Shown in pieces: positions 29,191 to 39,545 of a stretch of 64,000 bases of DNA. Source of the DNA: a virus (lineage: Duplodnaviria > Caudoviricetes); the IMG/VR virus record IMGVR_UViG_2799112742_000018, positions 50,065 to 114,064 of that record; one strand, written 5' to 3'. The position numbers and the translations under genes are program-made. Under the pieces are notes generated by a model, which saw only the letters and a program-made list of their open reading frames with translations, ran no database searches and had not been told where the DNA came from. Each line of letters begins with the position of its first letter. The first letter of the stretch is position 1.

Positions 29191-31011
29191 ATGGCAGACA
29201 ATATTTATAGAAGTGATGGCACACCTTTACAGTTACCCCAAGTCAATGTCAATCCGATATTGACTGAGGGTACTCCTATCGCCTCTATTAATGGTAAGGT
29301 GTTGTACGCCCCAAGTGACGGTGGAGGTGGTGAGCCTGTAGTGGTTGAAACTGTATATACTCTTGCAGATATTGCCGTAGAAGGCTCTAAGACAGGTTAC
29401 TACGTACATACTGATGGAAGAATACTATCAGCAGCTAACTGTATTGTAACTAAACCATTCCTACTTAAAGTTGGTGATGTTATCACCTGTTCAACTGGAG
29501 GTACAGGTATTTCCGTTTTGTCTATGTCTAACAGCATTACAGGCAATAGAGTAGATTCAGTCGTAGCTGCAACAACATCATTCTTAGGCACAATCGAAAC
29601 AGAAGGGTATTATGTATTTAGTGGACGCATTAATAGACAAGATGATACAAATCTTGTAGTTGAGGTGCATCGCTATACCACAGACAATCCTTTGGAAGAG
29701 CTTGAAGAAAGGGTAGATGTACTCGAACATAAAGTTAATGGAATATCTGGTGCATCATCAGCCCTTTCTCTCGGTGTCCTCAATTACATGGATGAGATAC
29801 CGTCCTATTGGTTTGGTTCTGGGTATGGCAATGGAATGTGGTACGATACCTATTTGGAGAATAAGATTCATTCTGTACCGCAAGGCAAGCATTTCATTTT
29901 CATCACAGACGTACATTACACCTTGAACAAGAAACATTCAGCAGCACTCCTCGACTATATTAGGCGAAGAATGAACATCAAGACTATAATTCATGGTGGT
30001 GATGTAGAGAACGAGGCAACAACTAAAGAAGCGGCTGCAAAACAATGGCTTGATTTCAATGAGGATTATGTGTTCAGAATTGGTTCTGACTTCAAGCAAG
30101 TATGCGGAGACCATGACCACAATGCAAGTTCAGGACATGAGCCTCTTCCTTATGAGTTCGTACAGGAAGCGATGAACGGATATAATATTAATGAGCTTCA
30201 TTACGATACCTTGTATGATGAAAGGATTGCCACTTATGGTTGGTCAGCAAGTGAAATGGCCGAGTACGAAGCATGGAAGAAAATGCACTACTATTATGAC
30301 GATACCACTATCTCTACAAGGTTCATAGTTCTACATACTGGTTGGCCAGGCGATGTAGGATTAATATACACAAAGATAGGTGAGGGCGCTCAGTCTGAAA
30401 CAGGTGCGCCATACTTGCAAATGGATTTCTTGTATCATGCACTTATGACTGTACCAAATGGATATAATGTTGTGGTGTGTGGACATAATGTAATAGGTAA
30501 TAAATATTACAGGGTAGATGAGCAAACTATGTATAACCTAACTGAGCCTGTCTGGAAGGGTTCATGGCAACAGGTTTCAAAAATGCTCAGAGCATTTATC
30601 CATAAGACTGTTTCACCATCTATAACATATCGAGATTGGGATGGAACTGCCACCAAAACGAAGGTATATGATTACAGCGAAGCTCCAACCGCTAACATCG
30701 TATTCTGTATAGGTGGCGATGTGCATTGGGATATTATGGCTAAAGCACAGACATCATTAGAAACATTGGCAAATGTAACTAATGGAAGTTCAATCAGTAA
30801 GACTGAGGATATTGCTCATATTGTTGTAATGACTGACGGAGCAGATCGAGGCTACAAGAGCTATCCAAATGGAGATGCTATATGCCCATCCGCAACAGCA
30901 GGAACATTGGATGAACAGGCATTTGACATAGTTACACTTAATGATAAGGGTATATTCTTTACAAGAATAGGCTGTGGTTCTGACAGAAGTATTTTATTCT
31001 CTAATAGTTAA
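29191..31011 (+). CDS. Calcineurin-like metallophosphoesterase with virion-anchor-like N-terminus
   Basis: FITDVH, HGGD, GDHDHN, VCGH, GGDVH; C-terminal AFDIV...RIG.G.DR. Confidence 0.85.
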   Translation: MADNIYRSDGTPLQLPQVNVNPILTEGTPIASINGKVLYAPSDGGGGEPVVVETVYTLADIAVEGSKTGYYVHTDGRILSAANCIVTKPFLLKVGDVITCSTGGTGISVLSMSNSITGNRVDSVVAATTSFLGTIETEGYYVFSGRINRQDDTNLVVEVHRYTTDNPLEELEERVDVLEHKVNGISGASSALSLGVLNYMDEIPSYWFGSGYGNGMWYDTYLENKIHSVPQGKHFIFITDVHYTLNKKHSAALLDYIRRRMNIKTIIHGGDVENEATTKEAAAKQWLDFNEDYVFRIGSDFKQVCGDHDHNASSGHEPLPYEFVQEAMNGYNINELHYDTLYDERIATYGWSASEMAEYEAWKKMHYYYDDTTISTRFIVLHTGWPGDVGLIYTKIGEGAQSETGAPYLQMDFLYHALMTVPNGYNVVVCGHNVIGNKYYRVDEQTMYNLTEPVWKGSWQQVSKMLRAFIHKTVSPSITYRDWDGTATKTKVYDYSEAPTANIVFCIGGDVHWDIMAKAQTSLETLANVTNGSSISKTEDIAHIVVMTDGADRGYKSYPNGDAICPSATAGTLDEQAFDIVTLNDKGIFFTRIGCGSDRSILFSNS

Positions 31012-31012
31012 T

Positions 31013-31087
31013 ATGACACACATAGACAAGAACAGCATAAAGTACTTCTCTGTATGCCTTACAGGACAAATTTGCACAATAATCTAA
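31013..31087 (+). pseudogene. Truncated remnant of the 22649 membrane-protein gene
   Basis: MTHIDKNSIKYFSVCL versus MKHIDRNSLKHFTVCL, then diverges and stops. Confidence 0.7.
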
Positions 31088-31088
31088 A

Positions 31089-31125
31089 TAATAAGGAGGT
31101 GTCTGATGACATCTCTTTATTGTTT
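31089..31125 (+). terminator. Intrinsic terminator
   Basis: AATAAGGAGGTGTC-TGAT-GACATCTCTTTATT. Confidence 0.7.
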
Positions 31126-31207
31126 TATATTGAATACAAAGAAAATGAAACACAAATACTTGTTGAGCAGCAATTAAACAAGTGTCTATTATTTAGAAAA
31201 CAGCAAT

Positions 31208-31426
31208 ATGAAAGAGTTTTTCAAATCAATGATGGGTAGGGGAGGATACAGCTCCAAACGTTTCTGCGGTTTTATGATCGTAGGAATGCTCTGTTTTGCC
31301 TATGTGTATTGCACCATTAAGCAATGTCAGATGCTTGAGGCTACTTATGGTTTCATGGCACTTGCTGGCACCTTACTTGGCATTGAAACAATATTTACTA
31401 AGGGTAGTTCAAAGAATGGGAAATAA
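31208..31426 (+). CDS. Probable holin
   Basis: 72 aa, SSKRF.G motif, two TM segments, basic tail; late promoter at 31186. Confidence 0.7.
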   Translation: MKEFFKSMMGRGGYSSKRFCGFMIVGMLCFAYVYCTIKQCQMLEATYGFMALAGTLLGIETIFTKGSSKNGK

Positions 31427-31907
31427 GGAACGGATAATATGGTGGCTAATATTGGTACTATTGTTAATATCAACAATAGGAGTAATTACACGTCACCTTA
31501 TGCAACCTAAAAATGTCAGCGTAACTTACGATACAATAACCGTATATGACACAATTATTTACCCTATCCCATGTGATAGCATAATCAAAAGATACGAAAC
31601 TGTCAAGCTTCCAGTAACAAATACTGAAGTGAGAACAGATACCATATATAAAATAGACTCTGTAGAAGTCTCAGTTCCAATCTCACAAAAAACATATTCG
31701 GATAGCACTTACAAAGCTGTCATCTCAGGATTCCATATATCCCTTGACAGCATAATTGTAAGGAACAGGGAAATAACCAAAACAATTACTGAAACCAGAT
31801 ACAAGCCTACGAGATGGGGGCTTGGCATATCTGCTGGGTATGATCCCATTAACAATAGCGTGGGAATAACACTCGGTGTTCAGTACAATATATTACCACT
31901 AAAGTAA
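31416..31907 (+). CDS. Spanin-like protein (DUF6808-like); start moved to ATG 31416
   Basis: N-terminal TM segment, DT repeats, PI.QK.Y.DS.Y.A.ISG, C-terminal RWGLG..AGY...G..Y.I beta hairpin. Confidence 0.65.
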   Translation: MGNKERIIWWLILVLLLISTIGVITRHLMQPKNVSVTYDTITVYDTIIYPIPCDSIIKRYETVKLPVTNTEVRTDTIYKIDSVEVSVPISQKTYSDSTYKAVISGFHISLDSIIVRNREITKTITETRYKPTRWGLGISAGYDPINNSVGITLGVQYNILPLK

Positions 31908-32587
31908 TGAAGACATATACAACAAGGTCAGGACAGAACATATTCGATATTTGCTTGATACTATATGGAAGTATCGAAGGCATACTGGATCTTCTGGTAT
32001 GTAACACATCTATTGACATTACTGAATATGGGCCGAGTGAACTGGAAGGCAAGCAACTTACTATGGATACTAAAATATCCAGGGGTATAATATTGAAATA
32101 TCATGAAGGGATCAATATTAATACCAATGTAATTGACAATGCTTCCCAGTCAAACACACCATTTGCAAACGGAGATCACTATATAGAAATTCCAGTTATA
32201 AATCCTGAGTCTATTATAATGATTGTGGATCAAACTGGAATTATGTCAACTTTCAGGTGTCAGCTTGTTTCTGGTACAATTTATATAGACTGGGGTGACT
32301 TTAGCGATGTCGATGTTATAGAGCCTGAAGATGACATAACAATAGAGCATGTTTATAAGTCTTCTGGCAAGCATGAGATTAAGATATACGGTGAAGGACT
32401 TATCCATTTCCATATCCTTGATATTAGGGGGATAAATGGTATTGCATATCCAACAAGCAGGATATATGCTGATGAGTTCTACACGAACAACAATAATCCT
32501 GACCTTCAGGGGCTTATAACCTCAGAACCTATAATTGAATGGTATATTGTAGATGAGGTTCCATTGGATACAGCTAAAATTAAATAA
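31907..32587 (+). CDS. LysM/tail-X-like baseplate protein with PKD-like domain
   Basis: GQNIFDI.L..YGS.EG...LL..N; IDWGD...H.Y...G.H.I.IYG. Confidence 0.75.
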   Translation: MKTYTTRSGQNIFDICLILYGSIEGILDLLVCNTSIDITEYGPSELEGKQLTMDTKISRGIILKYHEGININTNVIDNASQSNTPFANGDHYIEIPVINPESIIMIVDQTGIMSTFRCQLVSGTIYIDWGDFSDVDVIEPEDDITIEHVYKSSGKHEIKIYGEGLIHFHILDIRGINGIAYPTSRIYADEFYTNNNNPDLQGLITSEPIIEWYIVDEVPLDTAKIK

Positions 32588-32589
32588 AT

Positions 32590-33255
32590 ATGGAAATAAC
32601 AAGATTTGCAACTGGAGATATTGATGTATCTGAAAGATTGAATCTTATGATAGATACAATAGATCAGAATGAAACAGATATTGTAGCGATTAAAAAGAAG
32701 ATATTCCCAATGACAGCTACGGTATCCATTTCACCAACAGGCTATAAGGAAAAGGGATCGGGATCAGTTAATGTTACTATCTCTTGGGCTAATGCTAAGG
32801 TAGATAATCAACCAGTATCCATTACAAAAGTTACAATTAATGGTGAGGAAGTAAACGCTGCTGCTGGAAGTGTAGTAAGAAGCGTTTCAGATACCACATC
32901 ATTTGCCGTTGTTGTGTATGCTGCTGGTATGTCAGATTCTCATAGTGTTGGTATTACTTATGTATATCCAACGTACATATTCTTCTCTGTTGAGTCTAAC
33001 TATCAGAATGTTACGCTTGGTGGTACAAAGCAATTACTTGGTAATGCTACAATGAATAATAAGAGTGTTACCAATAATGCTGCTACAGATGCTTATCTAT
33101 GGATTTGCACACCTTATAATGTTTCATCGGTAAAGACATCTGGAGGTCTTGAAATTGGTGTGGCTGGTTCTATAAGGGGTACAAGAAATAATCTCAAATA
33201 CTGGAGAAGCAATGATGCTCTTGCACCTGGAACATGGATATTTAATGTAAAATAA
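32590..33255 (+). CDS. Virion structural/fibre adaptor protein
   Basis: Beta-rich; precedes the fibre genes. Confidence 0.6.
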   Translation: MEITRFATGDIDVSERLNLMIDTIDQNETDIVAIKKKIFPMTATVSISPTGYKEKGSGSVNVTISWANAKVDNQPVSITKVTINGEEVNAAAGSVVRSVSDTTSFAVVVYAAGMSDSHSVGITYVYPTYIFFSVESNYQNVTLGGTKQLLGNATMNNKSVTNNAATDAYLWICTPYNVSSVKTSGGLEIGVAGSIRGTRNNLKYWRSNDALAPGTWIFNVK

Positions 33256-33256
33256 T

Positions 33257-35044
33257 ATGGCAGAACAAATAAAAGTACCTGGAGTTCTCAAGCCTGGAAC
33301 TGGAACCTACCATAGTTATGCCAAAGACATAATAGATGACCAGTTAAGGAATAAGAAGCAATCTGAACTGAATACTTTGTTTAATCAGGGTAAAGGTTTG
33401 GATGCTAATGGAAATGTCGTACCTGTTGTTGGCCCTACAAATGCCGATAACGTTCCATATACTGATAATATTCCAGCCAGTCAGCATCCATCAGGCAGTA
33501 CTGGTAGGAAAATTAAGCAGCTTGAAGATCGCATAGATAGTCTTGTGCCAGCAGAAGAACCTACTTTAGGTGAATCCATTGACTTGGTTGACTATATGAT
33601 GAGCGATAATGTTGCATTGTCATTTACTTATGATGTAAATAAGAAATATGTGTATGGTGATAAAGTTACAAGCATGTGTACTTATGCCAGAAATAATACT
33701 TCTTATGCAGCATTCAAGGTTGTAGATGTTGACTTGTATATTGTATATACGATTTCAGGCAATACGTTCACATATTATGCTCAAATGGATTCTGAAACCC
33801 TTCCTAATGAAGCTCGTAGCAAGTTTGAATTAGGAAGATATGCCTTAGTAAAGCAGCTTCAGGGCGCTACTGGTGATTCTTGGGTAGATGGAACTGCTGG
33901 CGTATTTGTTGGTACTGACGAGCGCCCTATGGCTTTCAAATATGTTGCAAGTGTTGAAATAAATAGTCAGACAATCAACAATGTACTATTGGCAAGAACA
34001 TCAAACGATTCACATATCTATGTTTATCGCTTACAATCTGGATTGTTCAAATATTACACTAAAGTAGCATCCAGCAATGCCGCTTTTGCGAATTTGAATG
34101 CACTTATTGTGGGTGTAAGTGGTGGTTCTGGTGGCACAAATGATTATGAAGAATTAATCAATAAGCCTATTTATAAGATAGAAGGGGAAGATGGATATGT
34201 TATGAATGGGGCAAGCAGTGCCATTAAAGGATTTGCAGAAGGGGTAAGGACTAAAACCCATTTGGAGGGGGCACACGCTGAAGGCTATGAGTCTGTAGCT
34301 ATGGGGCGTGGTGCCCATGCAGAAGGTGGTGTTACAAAAGCGATAGGATGGTTTTCCCACGCTGAGGGTGATAGCACAATTGCAGAAGAAAGTGGCGCTC
34401 ATGCGGAAGGAGATGGTATTATCTATCAAATGGCGGTTTCACGCAATTATACTCAGGGAGATACATCTTTGTATTCAGTAACCAAAATCCACTATGGCGC
34501 AGCTATAAAACAAAGTTTTTCAGATGATGTGGTTTTTGTTACAGACTGTCAAAGTAGTGGTGATGGTGATTATTGCTTAACTTTGTCTGCTCCATTGGAT
34601 AGAGATATAGAGCGACAAACAATAATTAGTCATTATGGCGCATCACGCGGAATTGGTTCTCATACAGAGGGACGTGGAACAATAGCGTTTGCTCATGGTG
34701 CCCATGCAGAGGGTTATAGAACTTGTGCGTATGGAGAAAATTCTCATGCAGAAGGCAGTAGTTCAACGGCGCAAAGCAATAATTCTCATGCAGAAGGAGT
34801 AGATACCATAACCACCAATAATGGAGAACACGCTGAAGGAAGAATGAATCTATCTACATTAAATAGAACATTAAGTTCTGTTGGTTGTGGCGATTCACGA
34901 GTTAGAAAAAATGCCTACGAAATAGATTTTGAAGGTAATTTTTATCTTTATGGTGTCGGTGGTTATAATGGAAAAAATATAACCAGCTCTAATGTCAAAT
35001 CAGTACAGGAGGTAATAGCAGATCTTCTTGCAGCATTAACTTAA
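33257..35044 (+). CDS. Tail fibre with YadA-head (Hep/Hag-like) repeats
   Basis: Multiple 14-aa A.G..AHAEG repeats; VG.G....KNA.EI...G..Y..G.GGY.G. Confidence 0.85.
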   Translation: MAEQIKVPGVLKPGTGTYHSYAKDIIDDQLRNKKQSELNTLFNQGKGLDANGNVVPVVGPTNADNVPYTDNIPASQHPSGSTGRKIKQLEDRIDSLVPAEEPTLGESIDLVDYMMSDNVALSFTYDVNKKYVYGDKVTSMCTYARNNTSYAAFKVVDVDLYIVYTISGNTFTYYAQMDSETLPNEARSKFELGRYALVKQLQGATGDSWVDGTAGVFVGTDERPMAFKYVASVEINSQTINNVLLARTSNDSHIYVYRLQSGLFKYYTKVASSNAAFANLNALIVGVSGGSGGTNDYEELINKPIYKIEGEDGYVMNGASSAIKGFAEGVRTKTHLEGAHAEGYESVAMGRGAHAEGGVTKAIGWFSHAEGDSTIAEESGAHAEGDGIIYQMAVSRNYTQGDTSLYSVTKIHYGAAIKQSFSDDVVFVTDCQSSGDGDYCLTLSAPLDRDIERQTIISHYGASRGIGSHTEGRGTIAFAHGAHAEGYRTCAYGENSHAEGSSSTAQSNNSHAEGVDTITTNNGEHAEGRMNLSTLNRTLSSVGCGDSRVRKNAYEIDFEGNFYLYGVGGYNGKNITSSNVKSVQEVIADLLAALT

Positions 35045-35054
35045 TTAAAATAAT

Positions 35055-37961
35055 ATGGCAGAACAAATCAAAGTGCCAGGAGTATTAAAGCCTGGAACTG
35101 GCAACTATCATAGTATAGCCAAGGATATAATAGATGATGAACTAAACAACAAGTCTCAGGCAGAATTGAATGCTTTGTTCAATCAAGGCAAAGGCATTGA
35201 CGAACATGGCAATCCAATAGATATTGGAGGAAGAAGCTATTCTGCTGGTACAGGCTTGAAACTTGTCGGTAGTGTATTCTCCCTTAGTGATGATGCTATA
35301 TCCAAGCTTAATAGTGTTGCAGTGGGAGTTAAGGCAGAGAATAATAGGGGTGTCTGGAAAGCACAGATAGCAACCATTCCAGTTACTCTTGATGTCTATA
35401 CCAATTCAACGGCAACCACAAGGCCTGTTGTTGGGCAGCATTATTCAACTTTGTATGTCAAGATAAAAGCATCAGAGATAGTTTCTACGTATGAATGGAA
35501 TATAGAGGACAGCAATGCTAAGATAACGATAGTAAACGATGAGATACTATCTCAAAAGCTTCTTGATGTATTGCTTTATGAATCTTTCCATTCAGACGAT
35601 ATTTTCTATGAGGATGGTATATATGAGGTTGTTTCTGATACCTCAGTAGAGTTTACCTCTTCAATGAAGACTGCGTTCTACATCAATGGTGCGGCAAACA
35701 CAACAGGAGGCGATATACCAAATACTGAATATGAGCCATACATGAACACAAATCTTCAGTACACAACTGTTTACCATAAGGGTACAAAATGGTTGTGTAA
35801 TGCAGACGTTAATGAGGCTGTGACCACAGAGGAGCCAAACTTCAGTTCTACAAAGTGGCTTGCACTTCAGGAGGCCGTTACTGGTAAGGGTATTTCTCAT
35901 ATTATTGTCGAGCAAGCACTCTCCACTTCAGCCTCATCAGTTAGCGGTTCATGGTCTCAGACACCTAAGTCGGTAACTTCACAGAAGAGATACCTTTGGG
36001 AAAGAACAACTATTGTCTTTACCGATGGAACTGAATACCGAATTGGCGCACATGTAGTCGGTGTATATGGCGATAAGGGTGATGATGGCACGAGTGTAAC
36101 TATCAAGGGAACACTTGATGATGCTGGGGATCTTCCATCTTCAGGCAATACGGTTGGCGATGGATATGTTATTGATGGTGATCTCTATGTGTGGACAACG
36201 GCAGACACATGGGTAAATGTCGGTAGAATTAAGGGTGACGATGGTAATGATGCTACCCAATATTATATTCATACCGCCTACGCTGATAGCAATGTATATC
36301 AGGATGAAAGCCACTGGACTACTGGTGTACCAAGTAGGGATTATGCCTACATAGGTATTTGTATCAATACATCACCAACAGATCCTTCTGGTCAGTCTGG
36401 TTTTGCCCAATACACATGGCAACTTGCTTGCGGTATTATCTATACAATCGTATTGGGTAACAATATAGTTCCTGATGGTTCAGTATATGTACCAATGAAG
36501 TTTTTGAAGACAATCGGCAGTACCCAGAAATATCTTACCTACAATGAAACCGTAGCAGAAGGAATTACTTTCAAGGGTGCTGATGATTTGGCAGATAATA
36601 ACGTTCAGTGGTACGCAGACACATCTTTCCAGAGATTGTATCGTTCTTCAGGCTTTACTTATGGTGCTAAATACACTGTGGTGGCATATAAGGACAATAA
36701 GGAAATCACAAGAACAACATTGGGTGTTACAAAGAAGGGTGATCCAGGCTCACCAGGCGCAGATGGAGCTGTCGGCCCAAGAGGTGCTATTCTTAGAGGC
36801 CCAACGGTATGGAAAGATGGAGTTGTATATCAAGGAGGTAATACTGGAGATGACTATCAAGACATGGTATATGTTGAGAGTGTCAATAAGATGTATCTCT
36901 GTAAATTTACCCACACGTCAAATAACAGCAATGAGCCTACCCAGCACAATGCTCAAGCGGCATGGAGTGCTTCACAACCCTGGTATGAAACAGATTTACA
37001 GGAATTTGTTGCTACTAAGGTTGTCTTCGCCGAAAGAGGCATGATAAAAGATGTAGATCTTGTTAATGCCACAATTAGAGGAACAATTACTGATGTATGT
37101 GAAGAAATGACCTCACGAGTCCATCTTGTCGGTAGTGTTGAAAATCAACTTGCATCTATCAACGTAAACACAAACGAAACACCAGACGATGAGTGTGGTC
37201 AGATAGAATTACCAAGTGGAGCTGTTCTTACTCGTTGGTCTTCTGAAGGTGGGCGTATAATACAATTGCCAACCTATAACGGATATAGCGAGTCTGGCAT
37301 TTCATTTAAGGCTTATCCTTATCAGACTGCTGGAACAAGACTATCCATATTCACAACACCAGTACCAGGATACTCAAATTGGGCTGGAGTTAGTGACTTC
37401 CCAGAAAATCAGTTAGCGGATTTGCTAAGATGTGCCGTAATGGTTAGTGCAGATCCTAAGTCATTGATTGGAGAAGCTTATGTGGATGCTAACAATAAGG
37501 TGATAAGACCAAAACACATGTGGGGTGGCGCTTCTATATTCTCAAATGATTGGAAGCATGGAAGATTCTTGTACAAAGGCAGAACAGCAAGATTTGTAAT
37601 GTTATTCCCAGGACAACATCTTGATTTGATTTCTCAAGTACAAATGATAAACGATGAGCCATGTCTTGTATGGAATATCAATAATGCTTCTGATTTTGAT
37701 CCAGTAAGTATTAACATGAGAGTGGAAGATGTTCCATTTAGTGCTTTCTCTGGCATAGAGGGTGGATATAGGAAAAATACTTCTGTATATGGTGAGTCTG
37801 GAGCTGATGGAAGCGATGCTCTTATTGCTAATCTTATGCAATATAACTATCCAGAAGATAATCCAGTCGAGATTACCATGAGCCTTGCTGGAGTTTACAC
37901 ATACAATGGCGTTAATGAAACAACATTATTCCCTTCATGGATGGTGGAAGACGTATTGTAA
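35055..37961 (+). CDS. Tail fibre/receptor-binding protein with short collagen-like segments
   Basis: GDKGDDG, KGDPGSPGADGAVGPRG, YLW.RT.I..TDG; N-terminus shared with 33257. Confidence 0.8.
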   Translation: MAEQIKVPGVLKPGTGNYHSIAKDIIDDELNNKSQAELNALFNQGKGIDEHGNPIDIGGRSYSAGTGLKLVGSVFSLSDDAISKLNSVAVGVKAENNRGVWKAQIATIPVTLDVYTNSTATTRPVVGQHYSTLYVKIKASEIVSTYEWNIEDSNAKITIVNDEILSQKLLDVLLYESFHSDDIFYEDGIYEVVSDTSVEFTSSMKTAFYINGAANTTGGDIPNTEYEPYMNTNLQYTTVYHKGTKWLCNADVNEAVTTEEPNFSSTKWLALQEAVTGKGISHIIVEQALSTSASSVSGSWSQTPKSVTSQKRYLWERTTIVFTDGTEYRIGAHVVGVYGDKGDDGTSVTIKGTLDDAGDLPSSGNTVGDGYVIDGDLYVWTTADTWVNVGRIKGDDGNDATQYYIHTAYADSNVYQDESHWTTGVPSRDYAYIGICINTSPTDPSGQSGFAQYTWQLACGIIYTIVLGNNIVPDGSVYVPMKFLKTIGSTQKYLTYNETVAEGITFKGADDLADNNVQWYADTSFQRLYRSSGFTYGAKYTVVAYKDNKEITRTTLGVTKKGDPGSPGADGAVGPRGAILRGPTVWKDGVVYQGGNTGDDYQDMVYVESVNKMYLCKFTHTSNNSNEPTQHNAQAAWSASQPWYETDLQEFVATKVVFAERGMIKDVDLVNATIRGTITDVCEEMTSRVHLVGSVENQLASINVNTNETPDDECGQIELPSGAVLTRWSSEGGRIIQLPTYNGYSESGISFKAYPYQTAGTRLSIFTTPVPGYSNWAGVSDFPENQLADLLRCAVMVSADPKSLIGEAYVDANNKVIRPKHMWGGASIFSNDWKHGRFLYKGRTARFVMLFPGQHLDLISQVQMINDEPCLVWNINNASDFDPVSINMRVEDVPFSAFSGIEGGYRKNTSVYGESGADGSDALIANLMQYNYPEDNPVEITMSLAGVYTYNGVNETTLFPSWMVEDVL

Positions 37962-37964
37962 TTA

Positions 37965-38002
37965 AAATCAAGCCCATAAGTTAATTCTTGTGGGTTTGAT
38001 TT
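37965..38002 (+). terminator. Intrinsic terminator
   Basis: AAATCAAGCCCATAAG...CTTGTGGGTTTGATTT. Confidence 0.75.
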
Positions 38003-38058
38003 CTTCTTATGTATGTTACCATAAAGTCTAAACATCAGTCTATTATTAATAAAAAGAA

Positions 38059-39000
38059 ATGAGTAGAACATTATCTCAGATATATACACAGGCAACCACA
38101 GTAAGGAACAATTATTTGCAACTTACAAGCCTCAACCCATCGGTTTTGAGTAGTAGCAAAATGTCACTTCTCAACGCACTTACCTATATAGTTTCAGCAT
38201 TGATATATTCATACGAAACCATACTGGATGCGTTTGAGGTAAATTTGCTTGGTATCACGTCTCAGAGAATGCCTGGAACGGATGCTTACTATCTTAGAAT
38301 GTCAAAGCTATTCCAGTATAATGAGATTACTGGTCTTGGTGATACTATGGTATTGGATGAAGAGACTTTGAACATGAAATATGAAACTGAGGATGCAGAC
38401 CATAGAATAATAACACATGTAGCCTATCAGTATGATAATGATTCAAAATATGATTTGATTCTCAAGGTTTGTAAGGATGGTGAGGAAGGTGAAGAAGGTT
38501 CATGTAAGCCGCTTTCAAACCATGAACTAACAGCATTTAAGAAATATATTGATACCATTAAGTTCATTGGTACTGAAATTCAGTGTATTTCATGTCCTGG
38601 AGATATTCTTTATGTAAACACTATCGTCTATTATGATGATACATATATAACAGCAGACCAGGCTTCAGAGGATGTAAGAAAAGCTCTTATTGATTATATC
38701 AATAATCTTGATTACAATTCATACGTTTATTTCCAGTCTGTTATAGATGCTATTCAGGCTGTCTCTCATATTAAATTTGTTGATGGATCTTCTACACTTC
38801 ATATTAGAAAATACAATTCTAATACAAGGGAATATGGAGATCAAATACAAATTAGCGATATTTCCCAGCTTTATGCTGGATATGCCACATTTATTGATGA
38901 GAATGGTATTTCCACATTGATAATGGAAAATTGCGCTAACAAAGTAGAGGCTTTGGCTTCAACAGCAAACATTAAATTCGTACCTCAGTCAAGTCTATAA
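38059..39000 (+). CDS. Baseplate wedge protein (gpJ-like)
   Basis: MSRTL..I, GT..YY.....FQY, L...EL.AF..Y...IKF.GT motifs. Confidence 0.7.
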   Translation: MSRTLSQIYTQATTVRNNYLQLTSLNPSVLSSSKMSLLNALTYIVSALIYSYETILDAFEVNLLGITSQRMPGTDAYYLRMSKLFQYNEITGLGDTMVLDEETLNMKYETEDADHRIITHVAYQYDNDSKYDLILKVCKDGEEGEEGSCKPLSNHELTAFKKYIDTIKFIGTEIQCISCPGDILYVNTIVYYDDTYITADQASEDVRKALIDYINNLDYNSYVYFQSVIDAIQAVSHIKFVDGSSTLHIRKYNSNTREYGDQIQISDISQLYAGYATFIDENGISTLIMENCANKVEALASTANIKFVPQSSL

Positions 39001-39001
39001 T

Positions 39002-39544
39002 ATGAACTTTGTATCACAATATAACATATCCATCAACAAAGTGCTTGGAAGACTTATTCCATACTTTTTCAGAGGACGTAAATTGTACGCCTTAATGGTG
39101 AGCTTATTGTCTTCTCTGGAAAGTACCCATGATGGCTTTCTTAAATGGGCGCAAAAGGTAACTATAATATCTAAGCTACCATTTATCAAGGAACCTATGG
39201 AATATATGCTGAAGGATAATCTCGGTTCATATTTTGCCAATCCTGAAGATAATTTCTGCTTTGATAAATATGCCCATAAAAGATATGGAAGCTATGTTTA
39301 TCCGATAACAGATGAAACACACCAGGCTGATGCACCAATTATATATCCATTCAATGAAGATGATGGTACGGCAGTTATATATGCAAGAAAAGATGTAACT
39401 GGATCAACAGCCAACAGATTTAATCTTTCAGCACCAAACATCGCAGATAATAGTAAGAAGGAAGAGTACACAACCACTATAAGATTGTTACTTTCTCAGT
39501 TTACAATAATAAAAAAATATGACATTATAATTCAAGATTTTTAA
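39002..39544 (+). CDS. Baseplate wedge protein (gpI-like)
   Basis: Lies between the gpJ-like and collar fibre genes; L.P.F.R motif. Confidence 0.55.
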   Translation: MNFVSQYNISINKVLGRLIPYFFRGRKLYALMVSLLSSLESTHDGFLKWAQKVTIISKLPFIKEPMEYMLKDNLGSYFANPEDNFCFDKYAHKRYGSYVYPITDETHQADAPIIYPFNEDDGTAVIYARKDVTGSTANRFNLSAPNIADNSKKEEYTTTIRLLLSQFTIIKKYDIIIQDF

Positions 39545-39545
39545 T

